Virus record (IMG/VR): IMGVR_UViG_3300025617_001081
From: an uncultured virus (IMG/VR IMGVR_UViG_3300025617_001081)
Lineage: Duplodnaviria; Heunggongvirae; Uroviricota; Caudoviricetes
DNA length: 64,000 nucleotides
Strand: one strand, 5' to 3'
Shown: positions 8,751 through 18,330 of the stretch, in pieces
How the letters are laid out: each line of letters opens with the position of its first letter
Position numbering within the stretch: position 1 is the first letter of the stretch
Translations under genes and position numbers: made by a program
The notes under the pieces: generated by a model
What the model was told of the DNA's origin: nothing
Database searches by the model: none
Seen by the model: only the letters and a program-made list of their open reading frames with translations

Positions 8751-10328
8751 ATGAGTAATATGAATACAGACTTAACAGCAACACAAAAAGACTATGCATT
8801 GTTTTTGCCGGCAACGTCTGGATTCTATGCAGCATTTATCGGATATCAAAGAAAACGGTATCCTTATGTACAACCGTCGAGAATTCCACAAAACTTTGTA
8901 AACGATGTAGAAAGTTTAAACTTTTTAGATCCTAATAACGGACTGTTTCATTATAAATGGGCATTGTATTCTGCAGGACATGCTAATTTAAATTTAAACA
9001 AACAAGACGACCGAGAAGAAATGTTTAGAACCAGAGATCGCTCAGGCACTAGTTGGGTACTCGGCGATTCTGGTGGATTCCAAATTGGTAAAGGTAAATG
9101 GGAAGCAGACTGGAAGGATCCAAATTGTCCAGCGGCAGCTAAAAAACGTAGTCAAGTATTAAATTGGATGGACAATTTAATGGATTATGGCATGTGTTTG
9201 GACATTCCTGCATGGGTTGCTCGAAGTCCAGAAGGCGCAAAGGCAAGTAAAATTAATTCATATCTTGAAGCAGTTCAAGGTACTTACATTAATAACGAAT
9301 ACTTCATTAGAAATCGTAACGGCAATTGTAAATTCTTAAATGTTCTTCAAGGTGAAAATCACTCAGATGCAGATGACTGGTACAGTCGTATGAAAAAGTT
9401 TTGCGATCCTAAACAATATCCAGATGCACACTTTAATGGCTGGGCGATGGGTGGTCAGAACATGTGCGACGTTCATCTGGTGTTAAAGAGATTAGTTGCA
9501 TTAAGATTCGATGGGTTGCTAGAGCAAGGATTACAAGATTGGATGCATTTCTTAGGAACATCGAAATTAGAATGGGCTGTACTACTTACAGACATTCAAC
9601 GTGCTGTTCGCAAATATCACAATCCAAACTTTACTATTTCGTTTGATTGTGCGTCACCGTTTCTTGCAACTGCAAACGGACAAATGTATGTTCAAACAGA
9701 AATCGAAGATCGTAAAAAATGGCTGTACAGAATGTTATCTACATTAGACAACAAACAGTACGCAAGCGACACTAGATTGTTTAGAGATACACTTGTACAA
9801 GATGGTATCTATCCGTATATCGAGAATAGTCCTGTGTTAGACGGTGTTAAGACAAATGAAATTTGTGTATACGCTCCAGGCAATTTAAATAGAATGGGCA
9901 AGGAAAATAAAACTTCTTGGGATAGTTTTACTTACGCAATTCTTATGGGTCATAATGTTTGGATGCATCTTACTTCTGTACAGGAAGCAAATCGTCAGTA
10001 TGATGCAGGACTGACGCCTGCTATGTTAGTTCAAGAACGTTTTGATAGAATATACTTTAGAGATGTTGTAGATGCAATCTTTGCAACAAGTGACAGAGGC
10101 GAAGCAGATAAGATTGTAGAAGATTTTAGTCGTTTTTGGATGTCTATTCCTGGCACACGAGGTGCAACAGGTAAGAAGACTGTTAACGCCAGTACACACT
10201 TTCATAACTTGTTTGAGGAAGTAGAGCAAGAAGAAGAACAACAACAAGAACAAGCTCACAACGAAGAATTTACAGACGACGAAGTACATAACCTAGAGGT
10301 ACTAGAAGATGAGCAACTACAACAATAA
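8751..10328 (+). CDS. dpdA: TGT-like DNA guanine transglycosylase (DpdA family)
   Basis: DSGGFQ, CLDIP, VLQG, WAMGG, HFLG, SFD and HN motifs of the TGT fold; folE/queE nearby. Confidence 0.8.
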   Translation: MSNMNTDLTATQKDYALFLPATSGFYAAFIGYQRKRYPYVQPSRIPQNFVNDVESLNFLDPNNGLFHYKWALYSAGHANLNLNKQDDREEMFRTRDRSGTSWVLGDSGGFQIGKGKWEADWKDPNCPAAAKKRSQVLNWMDNLMDYGMCLDIPAWVARSPEGAKASKINSYLEAVQGTYINNEYFIRNRNGNCKFLNVLQGENHSDADDWYSRMKKFCDPKQYPDAHFNGWAMGGQNMCDVHLVLKRLVALRFDGLLEQGLQDWMHFLGTSKLEWAVLLTDIQRAVRKYHNPNFTISFDCASPFLATANGQMYVQTEIEDRKKWLYRMLSTLDNKQYASDTRLFRDTLVQDGIYPYIENSPVLDGVKTNEICVYAPGNLNRMGKENKTSWDSFTYAILMGHNVWMHLTSVQEANRQYDAGLTPAMLVQERFDRIYFRDVVDAIFATSDRGEADKIVEDFSRFWMSIPGTRGATGKKTVNASTHFHNLFEEVEQEEEQQQEQAHNEEFTDDEVHNLEVLEDEQLQQ

Positions 10329-10509
10329 ACACGACAAAGATGAAACACACCTAGAAGAACTACAACGCAGGCACAAAGAACTTGACACTCTTATATTAGA
10401 GCGTTATAACAACTACACAGTTGATGACGAAGTTCGTAGACTAAAAACTATGAAACTTTGGCTTAGAGATGAAATTCACAGATTAGAAACTAAACTAGGC
10501 GAAGAATGA
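10309..10509 (+). CDS. DUF465/YdcH-like coiled-coil protein
   Basis: HKELD...LKTMKLWLRDEI pattern. Confidence 0.7.
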   Translation: MSNYNNKHDKDETHLEELQRRHKELDTLILERYNNYTVDDEVRRLKTMKLWLRDEIHRLETKLGEE

Positions 10510-11681
10510 AAAAAGTATGTTTTTGGTTTGACCGGCCTAATAACAAAGTTAATCTTTGGAACAATATGGAATCTGGGTTTTTACAAGATGATTTATTGTC
10601 TAAAATGTATTTTGATTACGAAATAAAATATCGTAATAGAGATAGCATAAAAAAGAGTGATTTAAATTTATATCTAATTGAATTACCATTTCAAGACTTA
10701 AAAAAATTCTACGGTCTTTTAAAAAGTAAAGCAGCAAACTGGCTTAGAAATAATCCTTTAGTTAACATTGTAGTTTACCTTCCGCAGGAAGCAGCATTTC
10801 TTAATAATGACTGGGACCACTTTTTATTTTTTCACAACGAATTTCCAGAACTTCCTAATAAAAAATATTTTATATTTGGAAATATAAATGTAAAAAAGAA
10901 TTATGAAAATACCGATTATAAATCTTTTGACAAAGTTTTTGGATTTGATTATTTTGAATATTGGACATATTTTAACATTAATCCGATACCTAAAAATTTA
11001 ATTAATAAAGAAAAAAATTTTTTAAGTTTGAATAGACATTTAACCGGAAAAAGATTAGCGTTATTATCATTATTACACAAAGAAAATTTATTCGATGCAG
11101 GATATGTATCCAATCTAAAAATTTTAAGTCCAGATCCTGCATATATCGAAGATGCTAAAAATTTAGTACAAACACAAGATAAAAACTATATAAACAAAAT
11201 TTTAGAAGGACCGCCAAATATTTTAGATACCTATGATTGTTACGAACCGACTGAACACGATAAAGTAAATCTTAATCCGTTCTACAATAAATCTTTTTTT
11301 AGTTTAATTTCTGAAACTGTAACGTTTGATCTTTTTATTACTGAAAAAACATATAAAGCTATAATTCATCAACATCCTTTTATTGTTTGGTCAGCACCGT
11401 ATACTTTGGAATACTTAAAAAATAAAGGCTACGAAACTTACAGTTCTATTTTTGATGAATCTTATGATAAAGAGATTGACGAATCCAAGCGTCTTTATAT
11501 GATTATCGAAGAAATAAAAAAAATCATAAACTGGTCTAGTAAAGAAAAAAAACAAAAATTTAAATCTGTTCAACGAATTGCAGAATATAATAAAAACTTA
11601 CTCGAAGAAAGAGCAGAACATAATTATAAAAAACAGTGGTATGATATAATAGAAGAGATAATAAATGATCAAAAAAATTAA
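10506..11681 (+). CDS. Glycosyltransferase-like hypothetical protein (GT10-like C-terminus)
   Basis: FSLISET...FITEKTYKAI...HPFIV...FDESYD; very AT-rich. Confidence 0.45.
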   Translation: MKKVCFWFDRPNNKVNLWNNMESGFLQDDLLSKMYFDYEIKYRNRDSIKKSDLNLYLIELPFQDLKKFYGLLKSKAANWLRNNPLVNIVVYLPQEAAFLNNDWDHFLFFHNEFPELPNKKYFIFGNINVKKNYENTDYKSFDKVFGFDYFEYWTYFNINPIPKNLINKEKNFLSLNRHLTGKRLALLSLLHKENLFDAGYVSNLKILSPDPAYIEDAKNLVQTQDKNYINKILEGPPNILDTYDCYEPTEHDKVNLNPFYNKSFFSLISETVTFDLFITEKTYKAIIHQHPFIVWSAPYTLEYLKNKGYETYSSIFDESYDKEIDESKRLYMIIEEIKKIINWSSKEKKQKFKSVQRIAEYNKNLLEERAEHNYKKQWYDIIEEIINDQKN

Positions 11682-12201
11682 TTTAGATTACGATTTTAGT
11701 GTTTTTTTAAATGCAGACTACAATCAACATCACGGAAGTTGTATTTCTTATCAACGTAGAGAACAAAACGATATTCATAACACTGTGGGAGGATTTCCTG
11801 CAAGTTATCACGAAAATAATACTCGTATTCAACAACTATGGTTTGATAACTCAGAACTAGATTATGCTGCACTAAGTGATAGACTAGGTATAGAAGTAAT
11901 AACAGTAAGTGCAATACTTCAGCCTCCTGGAAACGTTGTTACTTTGCATAGAGATACATTTTTTAAAATAAACAAAATGTTTCCAACTAATAGTAGACAA
12001 AAAGTCAGAGCTAATGTATACTTAGAAGACTGGAAGGTTGGACATTTTATAAACTATCAAGATGAAACTTTAGAATGGCAAACTAGCACACATTGGAAGC
12101 AAGGTGAAGGATTTATTTGGGATAGTAATCATTTACATTTAAGTGCTAATGCTGGACTAGAACCTAAATATACTTTACAAATATCAGGATTTTTAAAATG
12201 A
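11665..12201 (+). CDS. 2OG-Fe(II) oxygenase / aspartyl beta-hydroxylase-like protein
   Basis: HRD...HLSANAG...KYTLQISG facial-triad pattern. Confidence 0.7.
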   Translation: MIKKINLDYDFSVFLNADYNQHHGSCISYQRREQNDIHNTVGGFPASYHENNTRIQQLWFDNSELDYAALSDRLGIEVITVSAILQPPGNVVTLHRDTFFKINKMFPTNSRQKVRANVYLEDWKVGHFINYQDETLEWQTSTHWKQGEGFIWDSNHLHLSANAGLEPKYTLQISGFLK

Positions 12202-13079
12202 CTAGTTTAATTATAGGTATGGGTATTGGCGGATTATATCAGTCCGTTCTTACTACATTAGGTTATGATATTGTAACTGTAGATGCTAATCCAGAAAAGG
12301 ATGCAGACTTTTTAGATGTAGATTCAGCAATAGAAAAACATTTGAAATTTGATACTGTACATGTTTGTACTCCTAATTTTACACATAAAGAATTAACAGA
12401 AAAAGTTGCTCCTGTTAGTAAAATTGTTTTTGTAGAAAAACCGGGATTTAAAAATTCATCAGAATGGATAGATGTAAATTCTAAATTTCCAAATACACGT
12501 ATTATGATGATTAAAAATAATATGTGGAGAGACAATATTCCAGACTTACAAACCAAGGCAAAACTAGCGGATGCTGTTACTATCGAATGGATTCGTCGTA
12601 ACTGTATTCCTAATCCTGGTAGTTGGTTTACTGATAAACAACGAGCATATGGCGGTGTTAGCAGAGACTTAATGCCACACATGTTAAGTCTCTATATTGC
12701 ACTGAATCCAACTTGGACTCCTAATTCTTTACCTACATTATACGATGTTACTCAACAATGGCAATTAGATGAAATAGATAGTACAGAATATGGTGTTATC
12801 GATCCAAACGGTGTACACAATGTTGATGATAGATGTATCATAGAGTTTGGAGATAACTGGCATTTAGAATCTAACTGGCGTAGTATGGGCAAAGAAAGCA
12901 GTGCTATAGAGTTTAAAGTTAACGGAGAAGTTGTACATCGTTTCGAATTAGGGTGGTGCCCGGAAGATGCATACCTAAATATGGTGAAAGATGCTGTAAA
13001 AAACCTAAATAACGATGAGTTTTGGAAGGAACAACTTGAACAAGATACGTGGATTCACCGGCAATTGGAAAAATTATGA
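12198..13079 (+). CDS. Gfo/Idh/MocA-family NAD(P)-dependent oxidoreductase
   Basis: GMGIG, CTPNFTH, VEKP, GGVSRDLMPH. Confidence 0.85.
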   Translation: MTSLIIGMGIGGLYQSVLTTLGYDIVTVDANPEKDADFLDVDSAIEKHLKFDTVHVCTPNFTHKELTEKVAPVSKIVFVEKPGFKNSSEWIDVNSKFPNTRIMMIKNNMWRDNIPDLQTKAKLADAVTIEWIRRNCIPNPGSWFTDKQRAYGGVSRDLMPHMLSLYIALNPTWTPNSLPTLYDVTQQWQLDEIDSTEYGVIDPNGVHNVDDRCIIEFGDNWHLESNWRSMGKESSAIEFKVNGEVVHRFELGWCPEDAYLNMVKDAVKNLNNDEFWKEQLEQDTWIHRQLEKL

Positions 13080-13972
13080 ATAGATTACTAGCAACAGACG
13101 GACAAGGATATTTTTTCGAAACAGAGTTTAATGTTAATAAACTTGAAGAGAATGAAATACAAGTAAAATCGGTGTTAACAGGCGTTTGTAGAAGCGATGT
13201 TGATATGATGCAAGGAAACTTTGGGCCTTTGCCGTTGAGTATGCAAGGGCACGAAGGGTTAGGTGAAGTTATTGACAAAGGCGGCAACGTTACAGATGTT
13301 GAAATAGGTGACTTTGTAGCAACAAGAGGTGAGCCAGCATATGCAGATATTTACAATGCAAAACATCGTGAATATGTAAGGGTCCCTTCAGCTGATCCTA
13401 AATATATTTTAGAGCCTGTGGCATGTGGGATTAATATTGTTATACAATCGTTGGATCAATTAATTACTCGAAGCGGTTCTTCAAAAAGATTACTTATACT
13501 AGGTAGTGGATTTCTAGCCTGGATTGCTTATAACACTTTAAAAATAAAAAATTTAGAGTTTGATATAGATGTAATTGGACGTAGTAATAAAGATTTATGG
13601 GGAGATATTCTTAAATCAGAATATTCAGGGGAATATGATGTTGTTATAGACCTTAGTTCGCATAACTATATTTTTGAACAGCCTATATTAAAAAATGAAG
13701 CACTAGTTGTATTCGGTGTGCAAAAAAATACACAAACAGATTTTAGTAATCTGTTATGGAAAGCCTGTACAATGATATTTCCTAGTCCTCGCACTGAAAA
13801 ATTTTATAGTTGTATGCAATATGCGGCAGAATGGATTGAAAAAGGTACATTAAAAGTTGACAAGTTCTGGACAAAAAGTTATAATAGAAACACAAACTGG
13901 AAAAGTGCGTTTGAAGACAGCATTAATAGAGCGCCTGGGTTCAGCAGAGCATACATTAATTGGAGAGCATAA
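13076..13972 (+). CDS. Zn-dependent medium-chain (sugar/alcohol) dehydrogenase
   Basis: GVCRSD, GHEGLGEV, LEPVAC, GSGFL; ATG 13076 coupled to the upstream stop. Confidence 0.85.
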   Translation: MNRLLATDGQGYFFETEFNVNKLEENEIQVKSVLTGVCRSDVDMMQGNFGPLPLSMQGHEGLGEVIDKGGNVTDVEIGDFVATRGEPAYADIYNAKHREYVRVPSADPKYILEPVACGINIVIQSLDQLITRSGSSKRLLILGSGFLAWIAYNTLKIKNLEFDIDVIGRSNKDLWGDILKSEYSGEYDVVIDLSSHNYIFEQPILKNEALVVFGVQKNTQTDFSNLLWKACTMIFPSPRTEKFYSCMQYAAEWIEKGTLKVDKFWTKSYNRNTNWKSAFEDSINRAPGFSRAYINWRA

Positions 13973-14487
13973 TGCTTGATACAGAAAAAAGACAACAAGT
14001 TGTATATTTTACAGGCACAGAAGTAGAACATACAATCTGCTATGGGATGAAAACATTATTTGTAGTTGGAACTCCACCATTAGAAGAAATCTTAACAAAG
14101 GCGGAGGAACACGACGTTGAACAAATTTATTTTGGAACTAGTCAAAGTTTTCAACCTAAAGAACTTACAAATGAAGAATACGAACCTTGGGATAACGTTA
14201 TTGTCGGATGCTTGAAAAAAGATTATTGGGTGGCATTAGATTTCGGAGTTGAACATATTGAAGGTGTATTAGAGTCTAGTTATTCAGAATATGAAAAATT
14301 TATTCCTATGATTAGTGTAAAAATTCCGTACATTGATCAACTAAACTATAATGCAACATTAAAAATTGATGATCGTACTTGGGGTGCTACTAATCCCGGA
14401 GTATGGACTCATCATTTACAAAGTCTTATGAGTAAAGAAAATTATACTCATTGGGGGCAATATACTGTTGACAAACCTGTAGAATAA
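13972..14487 (+). CDS. Hypothetical protein in the dpd neighbourhood
   Basis: About 171 aa; GGAG SD before ATG 13972. Confidence 0.7.
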   Translation: MLDTEKRQQVVYFTGTEVEHTICYGMKTLFVVGTPPLEEILTKAEEHDVEQIYFGTSQSFQPKELTNEEYEPWDNVIVGCLKKDYWVALDFGVEHIEGVLESSYSEYEKFIPMISVKIPYIDQLNYNATLKIDDRTWGATNPGVWTHHLQSLMSKENYTHWGQYTVDKPVE

Positions 14488-14496
14488 AGGTATAAT
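14468..14496 (+). promoter_or_regulatory. Perfect-consensus sigma70 promoter
   Basis: TTGACA-17 nt-TATAAT; ATG 7 nt downstream. Confidence 0.9.
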
Positions 14497-14503
14497 ATAA
14501 ACA

Positions 14504-14974
14504 ATGCAAAAAGAATCATATTGGGACTATATGAGTCGTAGAATAAAAGAAGAAGATCAAAAAATGAATCAACAAGATGCACTGAATAAGGCTAGTAGAA
14601 GTATTTGGGTAACCTTTCAAAAAGAAGGTGTACACAAATATCCGGGTGCAGACACTGATCCTAAACTAGCAACAGGAGACTGGGACGATGTTTCGTTTCT
14701 AGGTGTTCCACATCGTCACATCTTCCACTTTAGAGTACGCATTCAAGTGTTCCACAATGATCGCGACATTGAATTCATCCAGTTTAAACGTTGGATGGAA
14801 CGTCTATACAATGTAGAAGGCGTACTACAACTAGATTACAAGTCATGTGAAATGATTGCAGATGACTTGTATAAAGAAATCTCCGCAAAGTATCCCGGCC
14901 GCTTTGTAGAGATCAGCGTAGCTGAAGATAATGAAAATGGCTGTTCAATCTTTTATCCAAACGAGGAAAAATAA
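14504..14974 (+). CDS. dpdL: QueD-like T-fold protein, probable 7-carboxy-7-deazaguanine decarboxylase (DpdL type)
   Basis: LGVPHRHIF (LxxxHRHxF) in place of the QueD CxxxHGH motif; SCEMIA; EDNENG. Confidence 0.55.
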   Translation: MQKESYWDYMSRRIKEEDQKMNQQDALNKASRSIWVTFQKEGVHKYPGADTDPKLATGDWDDVSFLGVPHRHIFHFRVRIQVFHNDRDIEFIQFKRWMERLYNVEGVLQLDYKSCEMIADDLYKEISAKYPGRFVEISVAEDNENGCSIFYPNEEK

Positions 14975-14975
14975 A

Positions 14976-15176
14976 ATGTCAAATCGTTTCCCTCCAGTCA
15001 ACAAAGTTTTTGATGATTTGGATCGTTACAGGGACTTTTGCCGCTATGAAGGCAAAGTATATGATGAGGCTGCTCTCTACAATGAGAGTGATCGTAACTG
15101 GGTTGCATACAAAAAGTATCAAGGATACTTGCGAGCAAAAGCTCGTAATGCGGGCCGTAACATTCGGAGTAACTAA
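14976..15176 (+). CDS. Small hypothetical protein
   Basis: 66 aa from ATG 14976 with a GAGG SD. Confidence 0.65.
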   Translation: MSNRFPPVNKVFDDLDRYRDFCRYEGKVYDEAALYNESDRNWVAYKKYQGYLRAKARNAGRNIRSN

Positions 15177-16274
15177 ATGACAGTTTACATCGTAGACATT
15201 GAAGCAGTTGATACTCGCTACACCAAGCAGTGGAAAGAACACTTGCCTAAGCAGTTAAAAAATGCTGGTCTCGATGTAGTTGTTATCAGTGGTGGGGAAG
15301 TACCTCAGGCAACTACGCCTGGGGCTTTCCTTAACTTTGCTGGCACTAACAACTATAAAAGTCAGCAAATGTTAGAAATATCAGAATTATTCGCTAAAGG
15401 AGCGATAAAGGATGGAGACTACTTCCTTTATACAGATGCTTGGAACCCTACCGTTATCCAGTTACGGTACATGGCTGAGTTACTTGGAGTGGCCATACGC
15501 TGTGGCGGTTTATGGCATGCTGGTAGCTATGATCCTCAAGACTTCCTCGGACGACTGATAGGCGATAAACCTTGGGTACGACGAGCAGAACAAAGTATGT
15601 ACTATACATACGATGACAACTTTTTTGCAAGCAACTTTCACATTGAAATGTTCATGCGTACACTGCTCAATGAATATGCAAATGAAAATCCGTGGATTGA
15701 AGAAGATGTAGAAGAAGCACTTGCAGGTAAATGCGACAACATTAGTCGTGTAGGTTGGCCCATGGAGTATCTTAAAGCTAGTCTTGTACCCTACAGTGGC
15801 ATGGATAAACAGAATATTATTTTGTTTCCGCATCGTATTGCTCCAGAAAAACAACCAGAAATATTCCGTGACTTAAAAGAAGCACTTCCTCAATATGAGT
15901 TTGTTGTGTGTCAAGAACGTGAACTCTCTAAAAATGAATACCACAACTTGTTAGGTGAAGCAAAACTTGTGTTTTCTGCTAACCTACAAGAAACTTTGGG
16001 CATTAGCTGGTATGAAGGTGCTCTTGTAAATGCTATTCCTATGGTTCCTGATAGATTAAGTTATTCAGAGATGGCTATAGATGAGTTTAAGTATCCAAGC
16101 GAATGGACAGAGGACTTTGCAGCTTATAAAGCAAACAAAGACAAGGTTATTGCTCGCATTCAGGACTACATGGATAACTATGACAACTATCTAGTAGCAT
16201 TAGACAAACAGCGTACAAAGTTAAACAAAGACTATTTCAGCGGAGCGGCATTATATGACGCAATCAAAAGATAA
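15177..16274 (+). CDS. GT-B glycosyltransferase (GT4-like; possibly DNA-acting)
   Basis: FPHRIAPEKQP and QETLGISWYEG donor-binding motifs; WHAGSYD. Confidence 0.8.
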   Translation: MTVYIVDIEAVDTRYTKQWKEHLPKQLKNAGLDVVVISGGEVPQATTPGAFLNFAGTNNYKSQQMLEISELFAKGAIKDGDYFLYTDAWNPTVIQLRYMAELLGVAIRCGGLWHAGSYDPQDFLGRLIGDKPWVRRAEQSMYYTYDDNFFASNFHIEMFMRTLLNEYANENPWIEEDVEEALAGKCDNISRVGWPMEYLKASLVPYSGMDKQNIILFPHRIAPEKQPEIFRDLKEALPQYEFVVCQERELSKNEYHNLLGEAKLVFSANLQETLGISWYEGALVNAIPMVPDRLSYSEMAIDEFKYPSEWTEDFAAYKANKDKVIARIQDYMDNYDNYLVALDKQRTKLNKDYFSGAALYDAIKR

Positions 16275-16668
16275 TAATATAGAAATAACTTCAGACGACA
16301 CTAGCTTTACAATCAAGTTGGATGAAACCTACGGTGCAACTACTTCCTACATAGACGGCATAGATTCAGGCAGTGTTGTGTACAGTTCTGTGGATTCAAT
16401 GGCTGATACGATTACATTAGATTTAAGTGATATAACTTTAGATGGTATTGTAGACACGAATCCAGGTCAATATAACTTTAACTGGACCTATGAACAAAAA
16501 GAGTTTGAAAACTGTTTGCCTGGCTTAGACGAAGTTAACAAAATGTGCGAAGTATATCCTGGGCTTGCAAAAGCATATGAAAACTTTAAAACAGCATACA
16601 AACTTGTAGAACAAGATTACAAAGGCAAAAAGAAGGCAGGAGAAATAGACGATGACATTCCGTTCTAA
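16255..16668 (+). CDS. Hypothetical acidic protein
   Basis: 137 aa, ends in DDDIPF. Confidence 0.65.
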   Translation: MTQSKDNNIEITSDDTSFTIKLDETYGATTSYIDGIDSGSVVYSSVDSMADTITLDLSDITLDGIVDTNPGQYNFNWTYEQKEFENCLPGLDEVNKMCEVYPGLAKAYENFKTAYKLVEQDYKGKKKAGEIDDDIPF

Positions 16669-17089
16669 ACTGTTAACTTGGTTGGATAACATTGGTCGTA
16701 AGCGGGTTATCATGGATCGCTATTGCAACGAACCTTACCTAACTCGCTACTACTTGTTTTTAAAAGACCGCAAATGGTTTCCGTTTAATGTGTTCTTACA
16801 CAACTTTCACAAAGGAGATTTAGATGACTTACATGATCACCCTTGGCCTTACTTTACTTTTATTTTGCGTGGCGGTTATTGGGAGCATACGCCTAAAGGC
16901 AAGTTCTGGCGTAGCCCAGGGCACTTTCGTTTTTGCGGGCCTCGTTCTCTTCATCGCATTGAACTTGAATCTGGCGTTGATACTTGGACACTATTTGTTC
17001 CCGGTCCTAAACTAAGAGAATGGGGATTCATTCGCAACGGTGAATGGGTTGACAATCACACATACTTAAAGGAAAAATATGAGCATTAA
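16652..17089 (+). CDS. Cupin-fold protein
   Basis: LHDHPW...ILRGGYWE...LHRIEL...WTLF. Confidence 0.75.
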   Translation: MTFRSKLLTWLDNIGRKRVIMDRYCNEPYLTRYYLFLKDRKWFPFNVFLHNFHKGDLDDLHDHPWPYFTFILRGGYWEHTPKGKFWRSPGHFRFCGPRSLHRIELESGVDTWTLFVPGPKLREWGFIRNGEWVDNHTYLKEKYEH

Positions 17090-17639
17090 GAAACACTATT
17101 ATTCATGGCAGGATATAGAAGACGCCTGTGTAAACATTGCATTGCAGATGTACAAGGATAACTGGCGTCCTGACTATATTGTAGGCATTACTCGCGGTGG
17201 CAATGTACCTGCTACTATTTTAAGTAATATGTTAGGCGTTCGCGGAGATGCCCTTAAAGTAAGTTTAAGGGACAATCAAGGCGGGGAAAGTGAAACTAAT
17301 TGCTGGATGAGCGAGGATGCATTTGGTTATGTTGACGAAGAAGAACGAGAAACTCTTAAAAGTCGTTGGGATTTACACAAGCGTAAAAACATTCTTATTG
17401 TAGATGATATCAACGACACTGGTGCTACATTTAACTGGATTAAACAAGACTGGCAGTCAAGTTGTATGCCAAACGAAGAAACTTGGAATACTGTATGGCA
17501 CAATAATGTTCGTTTTGCTACTATCACAGACAACTTGTCTTCAGAGTTTGACGGCAAAGTAGATTATAGCGTACACGAAGTTAATAAAGCCGAAGAAGAT
17601 GTTTGGCTTGTATATCCATGGGAGAATGTAGGTCAATGA
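17079..17639 (+). CDS. Purine phosphoribosyltransferase (Gpt/Hpt-like)
   Basis: GITRGG, ILIVDDINDTGAT (PRPP loop), WLVYPWE. Confidence 0.9.
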   Translation: MSIKKHYYSWQDIEDACVNIALQMYKDNWRPDYIVGITRGGNVPATILSNMLGVRGDALKVSLRDNQGGESETNCWMSEDAFGYVDEEERETLKSRWDLHKRKNILIVDDINDTGATFNWIKQDWQSSCMPNEETWNTVWHNNVRFATITDNLSSEFDGKVDYSVHEVNKAEEDVWLVYPWENVGQ

Positions 17640-17905
17640 TTAGCAGAGAAGAATGTTGGAACTTAATGGAAGACTTAAACAGTCAAGCCTATGACGAAGT
17701 TTATGAGCAGTGGGAAGAAGCCGGCGATGATGAAGAACTGCGTGAAGAAGCAGGTGAATCACAACAAAGCATCTTCTTAGATCTTATTGAAGACGAAACA
17801 TCAGAAGAACAGTGGGCTGCATTTCAGCACTACTATAAAACAGATGAAGATTTTAAAATCCAGTATGAAGGTTATGCTGGAAGACCTATGTGGGGTGTAG
17901 AATGA
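17636..17905 (+). CDS. Acidic hypothetical protein
   Basis: ATG 17636 with GGAG SD, ATGA-coupled. Confidence 0.6.
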   Translation: MISREECWNLMEDLNSQAYDEVYEQWEEAGDDEELREEAGESQQSIFLDLIEDETSEEQWAAFQHYYKTDEDFKIQYEGYAGRPMWGVE

Positions 17906-18330
17906 CAGATACACTAGAACAGGCACAAAAAGACGGACGAGCACCGTGGACTAATGTATTTTTAGATACTCGTGACTTTGTTGTGTTCGAAGACATTTAT
18001 CCTGTCACAGAAGGACATAGTTTGATTGTACCTAAGATTAACTCAAGTGATTATATTACCAAATGTTTTAAGTTTGCTATAGAAATGGGTAATCAAAATG
18101 TGCTCGGAGAAGACAATACTATCACAGGCTATAATGTTGGTATTAATGTAGGAACAAGTGCAGGACAGACTTGTATGTATCCGCATGTTCATCTTATTTT
18201 TAGAAGAGACGGTGACATGGCAGATCCTACAGGCGGTGTACGACATGTTATTCCAGAAAAAGGCAACTACAAAAAAGACACTGTTGATATAAGTGACTTA
18301 AAAGATGTTGTATACGGAGACGGTTGTTGA
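17902..18330 (+). CDS. HIT-family nucleotide hydrolase
   Basis: PVTEGHSLIVPK, GYNVGINVG, AGQT, YPHVHLIFR. Confidence 0.9.
   Translation: MTDTLEQAQKDGRAPWTNVFLDTRDFVVFEDIYPVTEGHSLIVPKINSSDYITKCFKFAIEMGNQNVLGEDNTITGYNVGINVGTSAGQTCMYPHVHLIFRRDGDMADPTGGVRHVIPEKGNYKKDTVDISDLKDVVYGDGC

Noticed and set aside
10217..10260. GAA/CAA-rich simple repeat
   Set aside because: It only encodes the low-complexity E/Q tail of DpdA
8751..10328. tRNA-guanine transglycosylase (tgt) for queuosine
   Set aside because: Lacks the CxCxxC zinc motif of bacterial Tgt, has no queA/queF neighbours and sits in the replication operon, so DNA-acting DpdA fits better
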